This document shows, one piece after another, positions 20,037 through 29,547 of a DNA stretch of 64,000 nt. Each line of letters begins with the position of its first letter. Position 1 is the first letter of the stretch. The position numbers and the translations under genes are program-made. Under the pieces are notes generated by a model. It saw nothing but the letters and a program-made list of their open reading frames with translations. It did no database searches and had not been told where the DNA came from. The stretch is taken from the sequence record NC_048186.1. One strand, 5' to 3'. Source of the DNA: Escherichia phage vB_EcoM_KWBSE43-6.

Positions 20037-20698
20037 TTTAGTCCCACCTCATAACGATGACGAGTACAGGCCATACAATCGCAGTTCTTTTTCAGAACCG
20101 GATATTCACACCAGGTCATCATCCCGTAAAGAGGACGAAGGGCTTCATAAAACCAGGCTTTCTTCAACCCGATCATGGGGAACAACAATTCAGCCGGGCG
20201 ATTTTGTGGATCAGCCAACATAGCATACCCTTCCATGATCTTATTGAAGGAACGGATATACTGCAGGGCATCATCACCGTTCACATATGCCATGACATAC
20301 GTCTCAGGATAGATAGATGCAAGCTGAGTGCCAAGCAACCATATTGGGGCTTGGGCCAATGCTGAACGGAAAGGGCCAGCTGCTTCTACCTTTAATATAG
20401 GGATTTCATCATTGTCCCAATGTTGTGTTAATTCTGGACGATATTTTTCTGCCCATTGTCTGATCTTTTTCCTAGACCACATTTCACGCCGGGACTTGAA
20501 CGAGTTGTTCTCCAGGTCGCAGTAGATCGTCCGGACATAATATCCGTGAGAAAGCAACCAGAACAGCATGTATGTACTGTCAACACCGCCAGACCAGAAC
20601 AAAGTCACACTCTTATCATTGAAATGCATGGGTAACTTTTGTCCTTCCAACACGTCGCGTACAAATTCTCTGTCATTGAATTCTACATTGATTTCCAT
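20033..20698 (-). CDS. PP-loop ATPase (QueC/ExsB-like N-type ATP pyrophosphatase)
   Basis: SGGVDS PP-loop motif near N-terminus; C-terminal Cys cluster CDCMAC; about 220 aa. Confidence 0.5.
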   Translation of the reverse strand: MEINVEFNDREFVRDVLEGQKLPMHFNDKSVTLFWSGGVDSTYMLFWLLSHGYYVRTIYCDLENNSFKSRREMWSRKKIRQWAEKYRPELTQHWDNDEIPILKVEAAGPFRSALAQAPIWLLGTQLASIYPETYVMAYVNGDDALQYIRSFNKIMEGYAMLADPQNRPAELLFPMIGLKKAWFYEALRPLYGMMTWCEYPVLKKNCDCMACTRHRYEVGLK

Positions 20699-20700
20699 GA

Positions 20701-20943
20701 TTACGCCTTAATCATTCCGAGAGCCTGGGCAATATACCGTTCCGCCCCCTTTAAAGAATCCTTAATGATCTTATAGAATTCTTCCCTGGTCACAATATGA
20801 CTATCAGCCATATACGTGTTGGTCGTAATGCCGTGAGAATCACGGGCATAATGATGGTATAATTCTACACCACCAACATTGAATGTGACAGTTCTGGTAC
20901 GGGATATGCTCATGATTTGTCTCGGGTTAGATAGATATATCAC
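20701..20943 (-). CDS. Hypothetical protein
   Basis: 80-aa ORF. Confidence 0.35.
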   Translation of the reverse strand: MIYLSNPRQIMSISRTRTVTFNVGGVELYHHYARDSHGITTNTYMADSHIVTREEFYKIIKDSLKGAERYIAQALGMIKA

Positions 20944-20961
20944 AATAATACGTTATTTCTT

Positions 20962-20987
20962 ATATAGAAAAGCCCCTTACGGGGCTT
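20962..20987 (-). terminator. Rho-independent terminator-like hairpin
   Basis: AAGCCCC-GTAA-GGGGCTT then TTTCTAT in minus sense; overlaps stop of the 20977..21327 ORF. Confidence 0.4.
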
Positions 20988-21327
20988 CATCTTTATCAGA
21001 TTTATAAACTTCCCATCGGCCTATTCCACGCCATTCACCAAGATCGTTCCAGGTGCGAGTCCCTACCCAGCCACCAACTTCATAATAATGACATATACAT
21101 GCCCAGAAGTCTTTGAAAGTTACTTTCCGAGTTGGTTTCACACATGCGATTTGCCAGCGGGTTAAGCTGATTGCCTGGAACAATGGATGGATATAATTGC
21201 TATAGATCAAATATATCGCGATGAGCACAATGCATCCCACAAATATCATACCGATAGCAGTGAAAATAAACATTATTCCACCTTTAATCCCATCAGATCT
21301 TCCATGGTTTTCTGGATGCGGAGCCAA
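20977..21327 (-). CDS. Small membrane protein
   Basis: Hydrophobic helix GGIMFIFTAIGMIFVGCIVLIAIYLIY. Confidence 0.4.
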   Translation of the reverse strand: MAPHPENHGRSDGIKGGIMFIFTAIGMIFVGCIVLIAIYLIYSNYIHPLFQAISLTRWQIACVKPTRKVTFKDFWACICHYYEVGGWVGTRTWNDLGEWRGIGRWEVYKSDKDEAP

Positions 21328-21959
21328 TCCAGCGCAGCATCATAACGAGGATCATGGTATACCATGCCTTCCAGTTCCCATGCCTTGATGCCGGCATAGC
21401 GATCCATCTGGCCAACGCCTTTCAGCCAGCTGACGATATCAAATGTGTGGTGATAATCCCACGGCTCATTGGAGTATTGCCCGCATGTCACTTCAATGAT
21501 ATGCTGGGCTTTACGCAGATCGAATAGATTTCGATCACACCAGTCAACCGACCTGGGATCAACCCCCAGGCGATGACACCCTTTGCGAATTTCGTCGGCC
21601 AGCTGATAGATGGAGATATCATCTTCCTTTGGATACAGGCTGACTTCACGGGCGGCATCACATGGATTATATTTCCCGTTCCCCAGCCACCAGTCTACAG
21701 TCACTTTCTCTTTGACACGACCGAGGTCGATTTGCTCTTTGACATTCAATTTAATGAATGTAGTACGTTCTTCGACTAGTTGCTGGAGAGTATAACGTTT
21801 GGTCAAATCAGCTACTGTCTGCGCCCAGGATAACATAACAGCGTCATCCCAGCGGCCCAGGGTTTCACTATCGGCGACCGCCAAAATATTTGATTTATAC
21901 ATTGTTACCCTCCACCCGGATAATTTCTTCTTCAGAATCGACGACGTTGATGTCATCAT
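21273..21959 (-). CDS. DEDDh 3'-5' exonuclease (T4 DexA-like)
   Basis: ILAVADSETLG (Exo I-like) and YHDPRYDA (Exo III-like H-x4-D); 228 aa, close to T4 DexA size. Confidence 0.5.
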   Translation of the reverse strand: MMTSTSSILKKKLSGWRVTMYKSNILAVADSETLGRWDDAVMLSWAQTVADLTKRYTLQQLVEERTTFIKLNVKEQIDLGRVKEKVTVDWWLGNGKYNPCDAAREVSLYPKEDDISIYQLADEIRKGCHRLGVDPRSVDWCDRNLFDLRKAQHIIEVTCGQYSNEPWDYHHTFDIVSWLKGVGQMDRYAGIKAWELEGMVYHDPRYDAALDWLRIQKTMEDLMGLKVE

Positions 21960-22500
21960 CCAGCGCGTTCAGATTTTCCATGTCTTCCGCAAACTTGTCT
22001 ACTTCCATGATGTAGAACACGGGGACAACCCGGCGGCGAGTGTCTTCGTACAGGGTTTCAGCCAGCGCTTCTACCTGGCGGACAACGTCATAAAGATTAA
22101 GACCGCCGATACCGCAGCCGATAGCTGGCAGGCCGATATAGACCGTTTCAGAATCCTTCGCTTCCATAATCTCGTGAAGTTGTTCAAACATCACTTGTAC
22201 AGAACTGATAACGGAAGGCATACGAGCATTTGGGCCTGTATAGAATTGAGTATACAGATTGAAGCCCCAAACACCCGTGTCACGGTCAAAGGCATAAGAC
22301 ATGCCACCGAGACGCTGCTCCGGCCCGCGCTCATCGTTCTGGTCTGCGCGCCAGACGTCAGGAAACCCCAGCCGAACGAAATTGGCGATACCCGCGCCCA
22401 TCACCGACCAGCAATTGGCGCCATGGGCGAATCCGTTAATAAGATTGAAACTTTTCGCGGCTTCCAACAAATTCCCACCACGAATGATATACGTTGTCAT
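21895..22500 (-). CDS. Macro domain protein (ADP-ribose binding/processing)
   Basis: Macro-like motifs FAHGANCWSVMGAGIA and IGLPAIGCGIGGLNLYD; acidic C-terminal tail. Confidence 0.5.
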   Translation of the reverse strand: MTTYIIRGGNLLEAAKSFNLINGFAHGANCWSVMGAGIANFVRLGFPDVWRADQNDERGPEQRLGGMSYAFDRDTGVWGFNLYTQFYTGPNARMPSVISSVQVMFEQLHEIMEAKDSETVYIGLPAIGCGIGGLNLYDVVRQVEALAETLYEDTRRRVVPVFYIMEVDKFAEDMENLNALDDDINVVDSEEEIIRVEGNNV

Positions 22501-22730
22501 ACAATTCTTCTCCAGGTAATGTTGATGTCATCAATAAATTCAAGGCAAAAAACGCCGCCATCTCCTTCACTATTGTTGATGGACATGATAGATGTTCTCT
22601 CGTCGGCGGCGATAATATTAACCCCAAACCCTTTGGACATCAAACGGAAAGCGATTTCTTTTACAATCCGATTGAGATACGCAGGGGTGGTTGCCGGGTC
22701 AAAATATATTTCGAACTCAGGCATCACCAA
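22497..22730 (-). CDS. Hypothetical protein
   Basis: 77-aa ORF. Confidence 0.3.
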   Translation of the reverse strand: MVMPEFEIYFDPATTPAYLNRIVKEIAFRLMSKGFGVNIIAADERTSIMSINNSEGDGGVFCLEFIDDINITWRRIV

Positions 22731-22966
22731 TTCCCCTTCATCACGCTTTCCATTGCGTTTTCAGAAATATATTCGATGAAATCATTGTCGGACGCCATCT
22801 TCAACAACTCGAATAATTCGCTACCGACGGCGCAACCAAACATCCCTTCTAACATTCCCTTCACGTTTTCATCGATTTCTTCTGGGTTTAATTCATATAA
22901 TTTCAAGCGACGTGAAATAGCCCGAAATTGCGCAATATCACCGGGTTCAAATTTGGCCATGGTCAT
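22724..22966 (-). CDS. Hypothetical protein
   Basis: 80-aa ORF. Confidence 0.3.
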   Translation of the reverse strand: MTMAKFEPGDIAQFRAISRRLKLYELNPEEIDENVKGMLEGMFGCAVGSELFELLKMASDNDFIEYISENAMESVMKGNW

Positions 22967-23009
22967 TTACCAGTTATGGGATTAGGCGGTAATAATACCG
23001 CCTTTTTAT

Positions 23010-23414
23010 TCAATAAAGGTCTTCGGAGAAAAGCTGATTGAAAGGAGTATTCTTCAGACGAACTTGGTTGATTTGCCCGGCTTCTTTAGCGACGATCGCT
23101 GCCTCTTCACGAGTTAAGAAATTGCCTTGGTTGTCGATGAAACCCTGTTCACGGCTATGGGTTGTAGTAATGACCCCAGCTTCTTTTAGAATTCTTAACT
23201 GGGAATTCATGAATCGGCTGTGGTGACGATCAGCAACCACGATCACATCACCATATTTGTTGGCTGCGGCCACGACACGGCGCTGCCATTCCCCTTCCTT
23301 GGGTAGGTCACGAGCGTACAGGGCAACCATTGTACCATCCGGGGTTCCTTTGACCTCAGAGAACAATCGTCCAGTGCCACCAGGGAGTTCACGGAAATAA
23401 CCAAGTAGTTTCAT
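23010..23414 (-). CDS. Hypothetical protein
   Basis: 134-aa ORF. Confidence 0.4.
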   Translation of the reverse strand: MKLLGYFRELPGGTGRLFSEVKGTPDGTMVALYARDLPKEGEWQRRVVAAANKYGDVIVVADRHHSRFMNSQLRILKEAGVITTTHSREQGFIDNQGNFLTREEAAIVAKEAGQINQVRLKNTPFNQLFSEDLY

Positions 23415-23417
23415 AAT

Positions 23418-23732
23418 CTATTCAATCCATATTTCAGGTTCAGGAATATCGACCATATCCACAGTCTGATTTTTCAGATCGTGAAAACAGTCGCCAAGAA
23501 ATTGTATTTTGCCATTTGTCAAGAACAAATGACAGCGTGAGCCGGGGCGATCTTTAAATACCAATAGACTTGGAGTAAAAGTGGGTGCAACAACATCATT
23601 GTTCCACGCCCAGATCGGGCCTTGTTCTGGAGAACCCTTCACGCGATATGGGTGAAGCATATTACAACCAGGACATTGAAAATATAAAGAATCACCCATA
23701 GACAATAATTTTGAACTCAGGAATCTGCTCAT
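23418..23732 (-). CDS. Putative zinc-binding protein
   Basis: CPGCNMLH ... RCHLF ... GDCFH Cys/His clusters. Confidence 0.4.
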   Translation of the reverse strand: MSRFLSSKLLSMGDSLYFQCPGCNMLHPYRVKGSPEQGPIWAWNNDVVAPTFTPSLLVFKDRPGSRCHLFLTNGKIQFLGDCFHDLKNQTVDMVDIPEPEIWIE

Positions 23733-24022
23733 CAGCTGTCCATCTCCTCATATGGGTTGTAAGGACGCAATTCCCCGATCAGTTTAGGCCACAAGGCGAA
23801 GCCGAACAGATTGAAGGAACGCATAGTGCCTACCATGACAACATCATCGTCTTCGTCAGTGATATCTTTTAAAGAACATATGGGGACATAGGCATCGAAG
23901 TCTTCTCCTTCCCCTTCTTCTACAAGGGCGAATGCGACTTCTTCTGATATGAAGCGAGGGATGCATATGTCAAGCACCCAGGCAAGGAATACAAGAACGG
24001 AAATGCTGCGGAAATAGAACAT
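23732..24022 (-). CDS. Hypothetical protein with N-terminal hydrophobic segment
   Basis: 96-aa ORF. Confidence 0.35.
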   Translation of the reverse strand: MFYFRSISVLVFLAWVLDICIPRFISEEVAFALVEEGEGEDFDAYVPICSLKDITDEDDDVVMVGTMRSFNLFGFALWPKLIGELRPYNPYEEMDS

Positions 24023-24064
24023 ATTAAAGCCCTCGCAGGTGGCGGGGGCTTTTGGCCCCCTGTA

Positions 24065-25405
24065 TTATAGATCGAGCAGAGTTTCCAACTCGTCTAGATC
24101 TTCGTTGTAAAGATCTATGTCCTGTTTCTTATTTAACTCGTCCCGTTGAATTTCCAGATTCTTGATCTGATTCAACAGGCGCTCGCGGGCGTCCAATGTA
24201 ATCGAGGATAGAGACATCTTGAACAAATCGTCAAGATCACCATCAAAGTCCGGGTAATCTTGAATAAAGAGAGATTTAAGAACATCAATTTTCTGCCGTA
24301 GATCTATTTTTGTCGCCCATTCAATGAACAAGGCACGATTGTTCATTTTGTGGATACGGGAGTTGAGGTCAGCCAACAGATATTGGCGACGATCTTCATA
24401 CCGTTCCAGCCGATAGTTGAAGAATGCATACAGCATATCTTTCCAACCATTAAAACGTTGGATAATACCGCACTCGTTCCAAGATGTCCAGGTCGGCATT
24501 TCAGCTGAGTACAGCCGGAACATCTGTTCCACCTTGGCATCATCCAGTTTAGACAATTCACCACGTTTGAACACAACAGTGATATCCCAACCATCTTCTG
24601 TGGAATCGTTGGAATACTCTGTGAGAATCCCTGATTTATACAGCGGAAGAATAATCTTGGTTTCATAATCCTTGGCAAACCAGCCCACCGGGACTTCAGT
24701 TATGCGTAGGGTAGTGGCATTGAGACGTTCATACACACCACGACAGTACACTCGACCTTCCTCAGTGTATCCTGTCTCCCCCTTGTAACCATTCCAATAC
24801 GGTTTCAAGTCATTTGGGTCTTCGCCACGGAGAAGCGCTCTCAGGGCATCCAGGACAGACTTTATGCTATGGCATGGGGTTTTGGTAGCATAGCCACTAC
24901 CGATACCGTTCAGACCATTCACGAGGAACATTGGGATAACCGGCAGGAAAAACTTTGGTTCCAGCCTTTCCTCACCAAGATAATTGTATTCCAGAATGCC
25001 TTCATCTTCTTTCCGATAGATTTTACGAATCACGCCGGATACTGCCACAGAAATATATCGCGGTGATGACGCTTCTTTACCCATGATTGAGCCGAACTGA
25101 CCATCACGATCAAAATACGGAATATTGTTCGTCCCTGGGAAAGCCTGTGCCATATTGACGATAGTGTTGCTCATATTCTCACCACCAGATTTGTAATTGG
25201 TACGGGCGGCGGAAAACATACCCAGGCGGTCAACAATCTCTTCCTTACCGTATTCCAGAGCAGAAAACAAAATTTTTCGCTGGCTGGGCTTGAGGCTGTC
25301 AATTAACAGAGGAATTTGACGGACGCTGTTAACAACCGAAAATTCCTTATGATCGGTATTAACAAATGATGTCACAGTAATGCTTTTGGCAACCATCTTA
25401 TTCAT
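24065..25405 (-). CDS. 52: DNA topoisomerase II medium subunit (T4 gp52-like)
   Basis: Immediately follows gp39; 5' extension in ORF track overlaps gp39 so start re-picked near 25405 (MNKMVAK); size and synteny match. Confidence 0.8.
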   Translation of the reverse strand: MNKMVAKSITVTSFVNTDHKEFSVVNSVRQIPLLIDSLKPSQRKILFSALEYGKEEIVDRLGMFSAARTNYKSGGENMSNTIVNMAQAFPGTNNIPYFDRDGQFGSIMGKEASSPRYISVAVSGVIRKIYRKEDEGILEYNYLGEERLEPKFFLPVIPMFLVNGLNGIGSGYATKTPCHSIKSVLDALRALLRGEDPNDLKPYWNGYKGETGYTEEGRVYCRGVYERLNATTLRITEVPVGWFAKDYETKIILPLYKSGILTEYSNDSTEDGWDITVVFKRGELSKLDDAKVEQMFRLYSAEMPTWTSWNECGIIQRFNGWKDMLYAFFNYRLERYEDRRQYLLADLNSRIHKMNNRALFIEWATKIDLRQKIDVLKSLFIQDYPDFDGDLDDLFKMSLSSITLDARERLLNQIKNLEIQRDELNKKQDIDLYNEDLDELETLLDL

Positions 25406-27308
25406 CCTCTGTTTCGAACAAGCAAACGTCACTAAACCAGGTCTTGCGGTAATCCGCCGCCTTATCACCAAACCCATCATTCAATGAATTCTTGTAGGCA
25501 TCATCCAGAACGACCGTCGTAGTATACGCATCCAGATTGTTTAGAATACGTTTGAAATCTTCGGTGCTGTTACCCCCAAGACCTTTCAGATATTTCTTCT
25601 TTGTGATCTTTTTAGATTCTGGGGTCTTCATGAACTCTTCATATTCGGCGTTGTTCATGAACTCATGCATTTCTTTACCGCACCACACACGCATGTACGG
25701 GGAGCGCAGAAGTTTAAGACGCCCCTGGCGGACATATTCTGGCCAGAACGTACAGTACATGGTAATCAACAGGCCACGGATATGAATGCCGTCATCGTCC
25801 GCGTCCGTAGCGACAACCGTGCAAGGATAACGGCTGGTGTCAATCGGTTGCCCCGGTACTGCGCCGCCGTGGATAGTACACAGGTTCTTGAATTCTTCGT
25901 TGGCCATGACCTTGGCGCGCGAAGCGTTCAAGCAGTTGATGAATTTACCACGCAGAGGAAACAGACCGATTTTCTTGGTGTCACGGGCATTGAGGATAGG
26001 GTTAGACGCGCTATCACCCTCGGTCAACACCAGTACGCAGCCTGAACGATCACCACGGGCCGTCGCGGGATAATACTTTTCAATTTCACGATAATCGCGT
26101 TTGGTGATTTCCTTTTTGGCCTTTTCAAACTCAGCGTCATCCTGGTCATTACGCAAAGCCGCCAGTTCCTTACCCAAGCCGATGGTAACATATTCCAGCG
26201 CCTTACGAATCAAGCGATCAGACGGTTTGTATGTTGTTCCAAACTGACTGACAGGTGTGGTCATGCGCTCTTTAGTCTGACTATCAAACCGGGGGTTATC
26301 GATGTCAGCAGATATGAAAAGCATCATATGGTTCTTGATCATCGCTGGCTTCAATTCTGTCTTGAATTTTTTAGACAGCGGAGTACGAATCGCAGCAACG
26401 ATCTGGTCGGCAACATAGTCGACATGCGGCCCGCCGACGTGAGTAGCGATACTGTTGACATACGACGCATGCATGAACGTGCCGTTCGAAGGCGCGATAG
26501 CAACAGACCAATCCCCTGATTCGTCTACAGATGAACCCTGGCAGAAGTAATCCACGAAATGACCAAAGCGATCAATCCGGATAGGCTTGCCATTGAGGAC
26601 GATCTTCAAACGAGGGTTACACGCCGCTACTTCAAATGCCCGGCGGTAGATCATCAGCAGATTATTGTTATCCAGACCTTTGATCCCCAGACGTTCATAA
26701 TCCGGGATCCAGGCGATGGTCGTACCCGGCGCGTTCAGGTTACTGATCGTCGGCTCTGAACGTTTGCTCATATTGTTCTCAAACGTCTGGAGATAAGACT
26801 TCTTGCCGTCGTTGGTAGATACCCGGAACCATTTTGAGAACACGTTTACGAGAGAAGCGCCTTCGCCGTTCTGGCCACCAGATTTCTTGTTGTTGTACTC
26901 TTCGTCATCATCGTTGAAGTTACTACCAGCATACAAGGAGCCGAAGAGCATCTCCGGGAGCCATTCTTTGGTCTCACCGTGTTTTACCACAGGGATGCCG
27001 CCGTTGTCAGAAACGATGATCTGGCCATTCATCGCCATTACCGTAACAGTGATCTCGTTGAGGCGTTTCCCCTCAGGAGTTTTGCTATGGTCAACGCAGT
27101 TCGTGATAATCTCATCGAACTGTTTGATCAGCGCCGGGGAATAGGTAAAGTTGTCCTTGAACACAACCTGATCTTTTACCGGGTCATAAACCCAAACCGT
27201 CCCGGATGTTGAACGGATACTGCCCAGATGACGTTCTGGGCGGAGAAGGATATGCTCTACATGGGAGAGCTTCTTGTACTTTCTTTCAATGTTAACGTTA
27301 CTGGTCAT
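25398..27308 (-). CDS. 39: DNA topoisomerase II large subunit (T4 gp39-like, GyrB-like ATPase + Toprim)
   Basis: LSHVEHILLRPERHLGS, GHKL ATPase-like N-domain, Toprim-like region; 636 aa. Confidence 0.9.
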   Translation of the reverse strand: MTSNVNIERKYKKLSHVEHILLRPERHLGSIRSTSGTVWVYDPVKDQVVFKDNFTYSPALIKQFDEIITNCVDHSKTPEGKRLNEITVTVMAMNGQIIVSDNGGIPVVKHGETKEWLPEMLFGSLYAGSNFNDDDEEYNNKKSGGQNGEGASLVNVFSKWFRVSTNDGKKSYLQTFENNMSKRSEPTISNLNAPGTTIAWIPDYERLGIKGLDNNNLLMIYRRAFEVAACNPRLKIVLNGKPIRIDRFGHFVDYFCQGSSVDESGDWSVAIAPSNGTFMHASYVNSIATHVGGPHVDYVADQIVAAIRTPLSKKFKTELKPAMIKNHMMLFISADIDNPRFDSQTKERMTTPVSQFGTTYKPSDRLIRKALEYVTIGLGKELAALRNDQDDAEFEKAKKEITKRDYREIEKYYPATARGDRSGCVLVLTEGDSASNPILNARDTKKIGLFPLRGKFINCLNASRAKVMANEEFKNLCTIHGGAVPGQPIDTSRYPCTVVATDADDDGIHIRGLLITMYCTFWPEYVRQGRLKLLRSPYMRVWCGKEMHEFMNNAEYEEFMKTPESKKITKKKYLKGLGGNSTEDFKRILNNLDAYTTTVVLDDAYKNSLNDGFGDKAADYRKTWFSDVCLFETEDE

Positions 27309-27356
27309 CTTCCTATCCCGTCAATGTAAACACACAAGATTATGTATGGGATTGGC

Positions 27357-27983
27357 TTATAGACCAAATTTGCCCCGCCACTTTTCGACTTTGTGCTCAA
27401 ATGCGTGCTCAACTTTTATTCTAATCGATGACGGTTCTGCACAATGATAATACGTTCTTCCTTCATCAGTCCCATATTGAGGGGCGCAACCGTATGACAA
27501 TGCCAATTGAGCTGTGTATCTGATTAAAGTGCTCACCAGGAAGTTTAAATTATCGGTAGATCTTTGTGGCTGGTTTAGCAATCTGGTGATACGCCCTTTC
27601 ATATGATGGATCATAGCTAAATTCTTTTCTGGCCCTGTGGTGGTATCACAGAAAAGGTGGTCTTCAAGGGAATATTGGCGGAAATCAGAATATCCTTGCG
27701 ACAACGCCATTTGGGTTATAATTGAATCAATAATTTCATCTTTCGTCATATTACCATGGATTTGTGCATCTTTGTAATCGCAGACATACAAAAGATCAAC
27801 TGCTGAGATAATCACGTCAGCTATTTCTCCATTGAGTGGCTCTGAAGCTGCGATGCCGTGGTAAACATCGGAAAGTTCACATACTTCTTCCACCAGTTTA
27901 CAGAAGACGAAAAATGGAGAACGATCTGGATTGACCACAGTACATTCATATGACGTATTGACAATATTACGCAGAAATTTCAT
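27357..27983 (-). CDS. MazG-like nucleotide pyrophosphohydrolase
   Basis: LVEEVCELSD ... GEIADVIISAVDLLYV matches the MazG/HisE E-x2-E ... E-x2-D pattern. Confidence 0.45.
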   Translation of the reverse strand: MKFLRNIVNTSYECTVVNPDRSPFFVFCKLVEEVCELSDVYHGIAASEPLNGEIADVIISAVDLLYVCDYKDAQIHGNMTKDEIIDSIITQMALSQGYSDFRQYSLEDHLFCDTTTGPEKNLAMIHHMKGRITRLLNQPQRSTDNLNFLVSTLIRYTAQLALSYGCAPQYGTDEGRTYYHCAEPSSIRIKVEHAFEHKVEKWRGKFGL

Positions 27984-28465
27984 TTCAAATATCCTTCTAG
28001 GCGAAAGCGGTTGATATGTTGTATGATAAAGTCCATAGAGTTTTGAAAACTATATTTTCCCTGATGTTCATATGCATGTATCAGGGGAAGGTGGCTATGG
28101 GCTAATTGGAAACGCAGCTTGGGCGGCATCGTCAGCAATTTTTGGCTTGTTGCTGCAATGATGTCGTGTTTAAATTTGGGGTCATCAGGAGACAGAACGA
28201 CAATCTGCGACTTGGCCAGAGTCTGACCGAATTGTTTGGCATCATTTCCATAAAGGCTACGCAGGTCATCGTGCCGATATTTGAGCCAATACCAGTAGCC
28301 TTCCATCGAGTTGAAAACGCCATCGACAGTATCCATGGGATGGTATGCAAAATGGGACAGGAATCTCCCCAGCTCGGTGCGGCTCCGACTGTAAATGTTG
28401 TAATGTGTCTTGCCTTCGCTATCCGGCGTCATACGATCTTTTGGAACATTGAGTAATAGGAACAT
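27980..28465 (-). CDS. Hypothetical protein
   Basis: 161-aa ORF. Confidence 0.4.
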   Translation of the reverse strand: MFLLLNVPKDRMTPDSEGKTHYNIYSRSRTELGRFLSHFAYHPMDTVDGVFNSMEGYWYWLKYRHDDLRSLYGNDAKQFGQTLAKSQIVVLSPDDPKFKHDIIAATSQKLLTMPPKLRFQLAHSHLPLIHAYEHQGKYSFQNSMDFIIQHINRFRLEGYLK

Positions 28466-28508
28466 GATATAGGATTCTCAAATCAATATATTGCTGTGTG
28501 TAGCAGAT

Positions 28509-28700
28509 TTATAATTTCCTGGATGCGATCAGGAAACTGACGACAGATACAGCACCAAACAGCCCAGATAATATAAATCTGACCAAAGGGAAGTCAGGGG
28601 CCGCAACAAGACTGACTGCGTTTTCCAGGCATATCATGAATGATATACCGCAAAGCATTCCCAGGGCGAACTGATTCGGTTTATGACGTAAACGTACCAT
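28509..28700 (-). CDS. Small membrane protein
   Basis: 63 aa, two hydrophobic stretches. Confidence 0.35.
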   Translation of the reverse strand: MVRLRHKPNQFALGMLCGISFMICLENAVSLVAAPDFPLVRFILSGLFGAVSVVSFLIASRKL

Positions 28701-28711
28701 TTCACACCTCC

Positions 28712-28739
28712 TGGTTGATTAAAAGGGGCCAAAGCCCCT
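28712..28739 (-). terminator. Rho-independent terminator
   Basis: AGGGGC-TTTG-GCCCCT hairpin then TTTTAAT in minus sense. Confidence 0.55.
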
Positions 28740-28744
28740 ATTAT

Positions 28745-29236
28745 CTAGCCGAGAAAGACAACTAGTTTCAAATTAGTAAGAGCAGAGCGACTCTCTTTTA
28801 ACATTTTATGTGCAGCATCAAGGCGTTTCGGATCGTGTAAAGTATCAGAGAATACGATAATATCAGCCTTGTCAATCTTGGTGCCCATATAATGACTAAT
28901 TGTGGTGGTACTGTCTTTCTTATCAACATGCGGGGCCGGTACGTTATAGGGAGAAGAAAAGAAAGAACCACGCTCGCTTTCACTGTGAAAGACAGCCATA
29001 ATACGGACGTTATTTTCTGTTTGGAAATTGTAAGACAGGAGTTTCTTCAGCGCTGCTGTATGACCTGTCTGCCTGATCATACGGTAATATAGAATGTTGC
29101 CCGGTTCAATAATATCTACCAAGCTCCGCGATTCGCGGTCTTTTTGGATTTCGTACGCATCCAATATAAGTTGTTGTATCATCTCAACGTGAGCATTCAA
29201 TGAGATTTCTACTCTGCGTTTTACCATAGATTGCAT
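28745..29236 (-). CDS. Hypothetical protein
   Basis: Start re-picked at 29236 (GAGG RBS) because the listed 5' extension runs through a terminator hairpin. Confidence 0.4.
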   Translation of the reverse strand: MQSMVKRRVEISLNAHVEMIQQLILDAYEIQKDRESRSLVDIIEPGNILYYRMIRQTGHTAALKKLLSYNFQTENNVRIMAVFHSESERGSFFSSPYNVPAPHVDKKDSTTTISHYMGTKIDKADIIVFSDTLHDPKRLDAAHKMLKESRSALTNLKLVVFLG

Positions 29237-29299
29237 TTGTGTATCCTCGGTTAAGTTCCGCTCATGGGGAACTGGTGGATTATACCCCGAGTAACACAT

Positions 29300-29330
29300 A
29301 AAGAAAAAGAGGCCGAAGCCTCTTTTATTC
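29300..29330. terminator. Bidirectional rho-independent terminator
   Basis: AGAGGC-CGAA-GCCTCT hairpin flanked by A-run and T-run. Confidence 0.55.
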
Positions 29331-29546
29331 ATCATACTTGCCTGTCCTGAAATTCCATTTCTTGGCTTTGCTGAAGTCAATATCCTTGAAGATATTCCCA
29401 AAGATTTTCTTGAACTCTGATTCCTCTTCAAGATCCTTCGGTTTCTTCACGGGTTCCTTGACCATACCGCCTTCGGGTTTCCCCACATCGGCGGTCGTGG
29501 TGGCAGGAGGAGAAGAATCTTCAAGGAAATCCTTGAAGGTCTTCAT
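29325..29546 (-). CDS. Small charged protein
   Basis: 73-aa ORF, K/E-rich. Confidence 0.35.
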   Translation of the reverse strand: MKTFKDFLEDSSPPATTTADVGKPEGGMVKEPVKKPKDLEEESEFKKIFGNIFKDIDFSKAKKWNFRTGKYDE

Positions 29547-29547
29547 A

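Noticed and set aside
25405-25480. 5' extension of the gp52-like ORF (listed start 25480)
   Set aside because: Overlaps the 3' end of the gp39 gene; a start near 25405 immediately after the gp39 stop is preferred.
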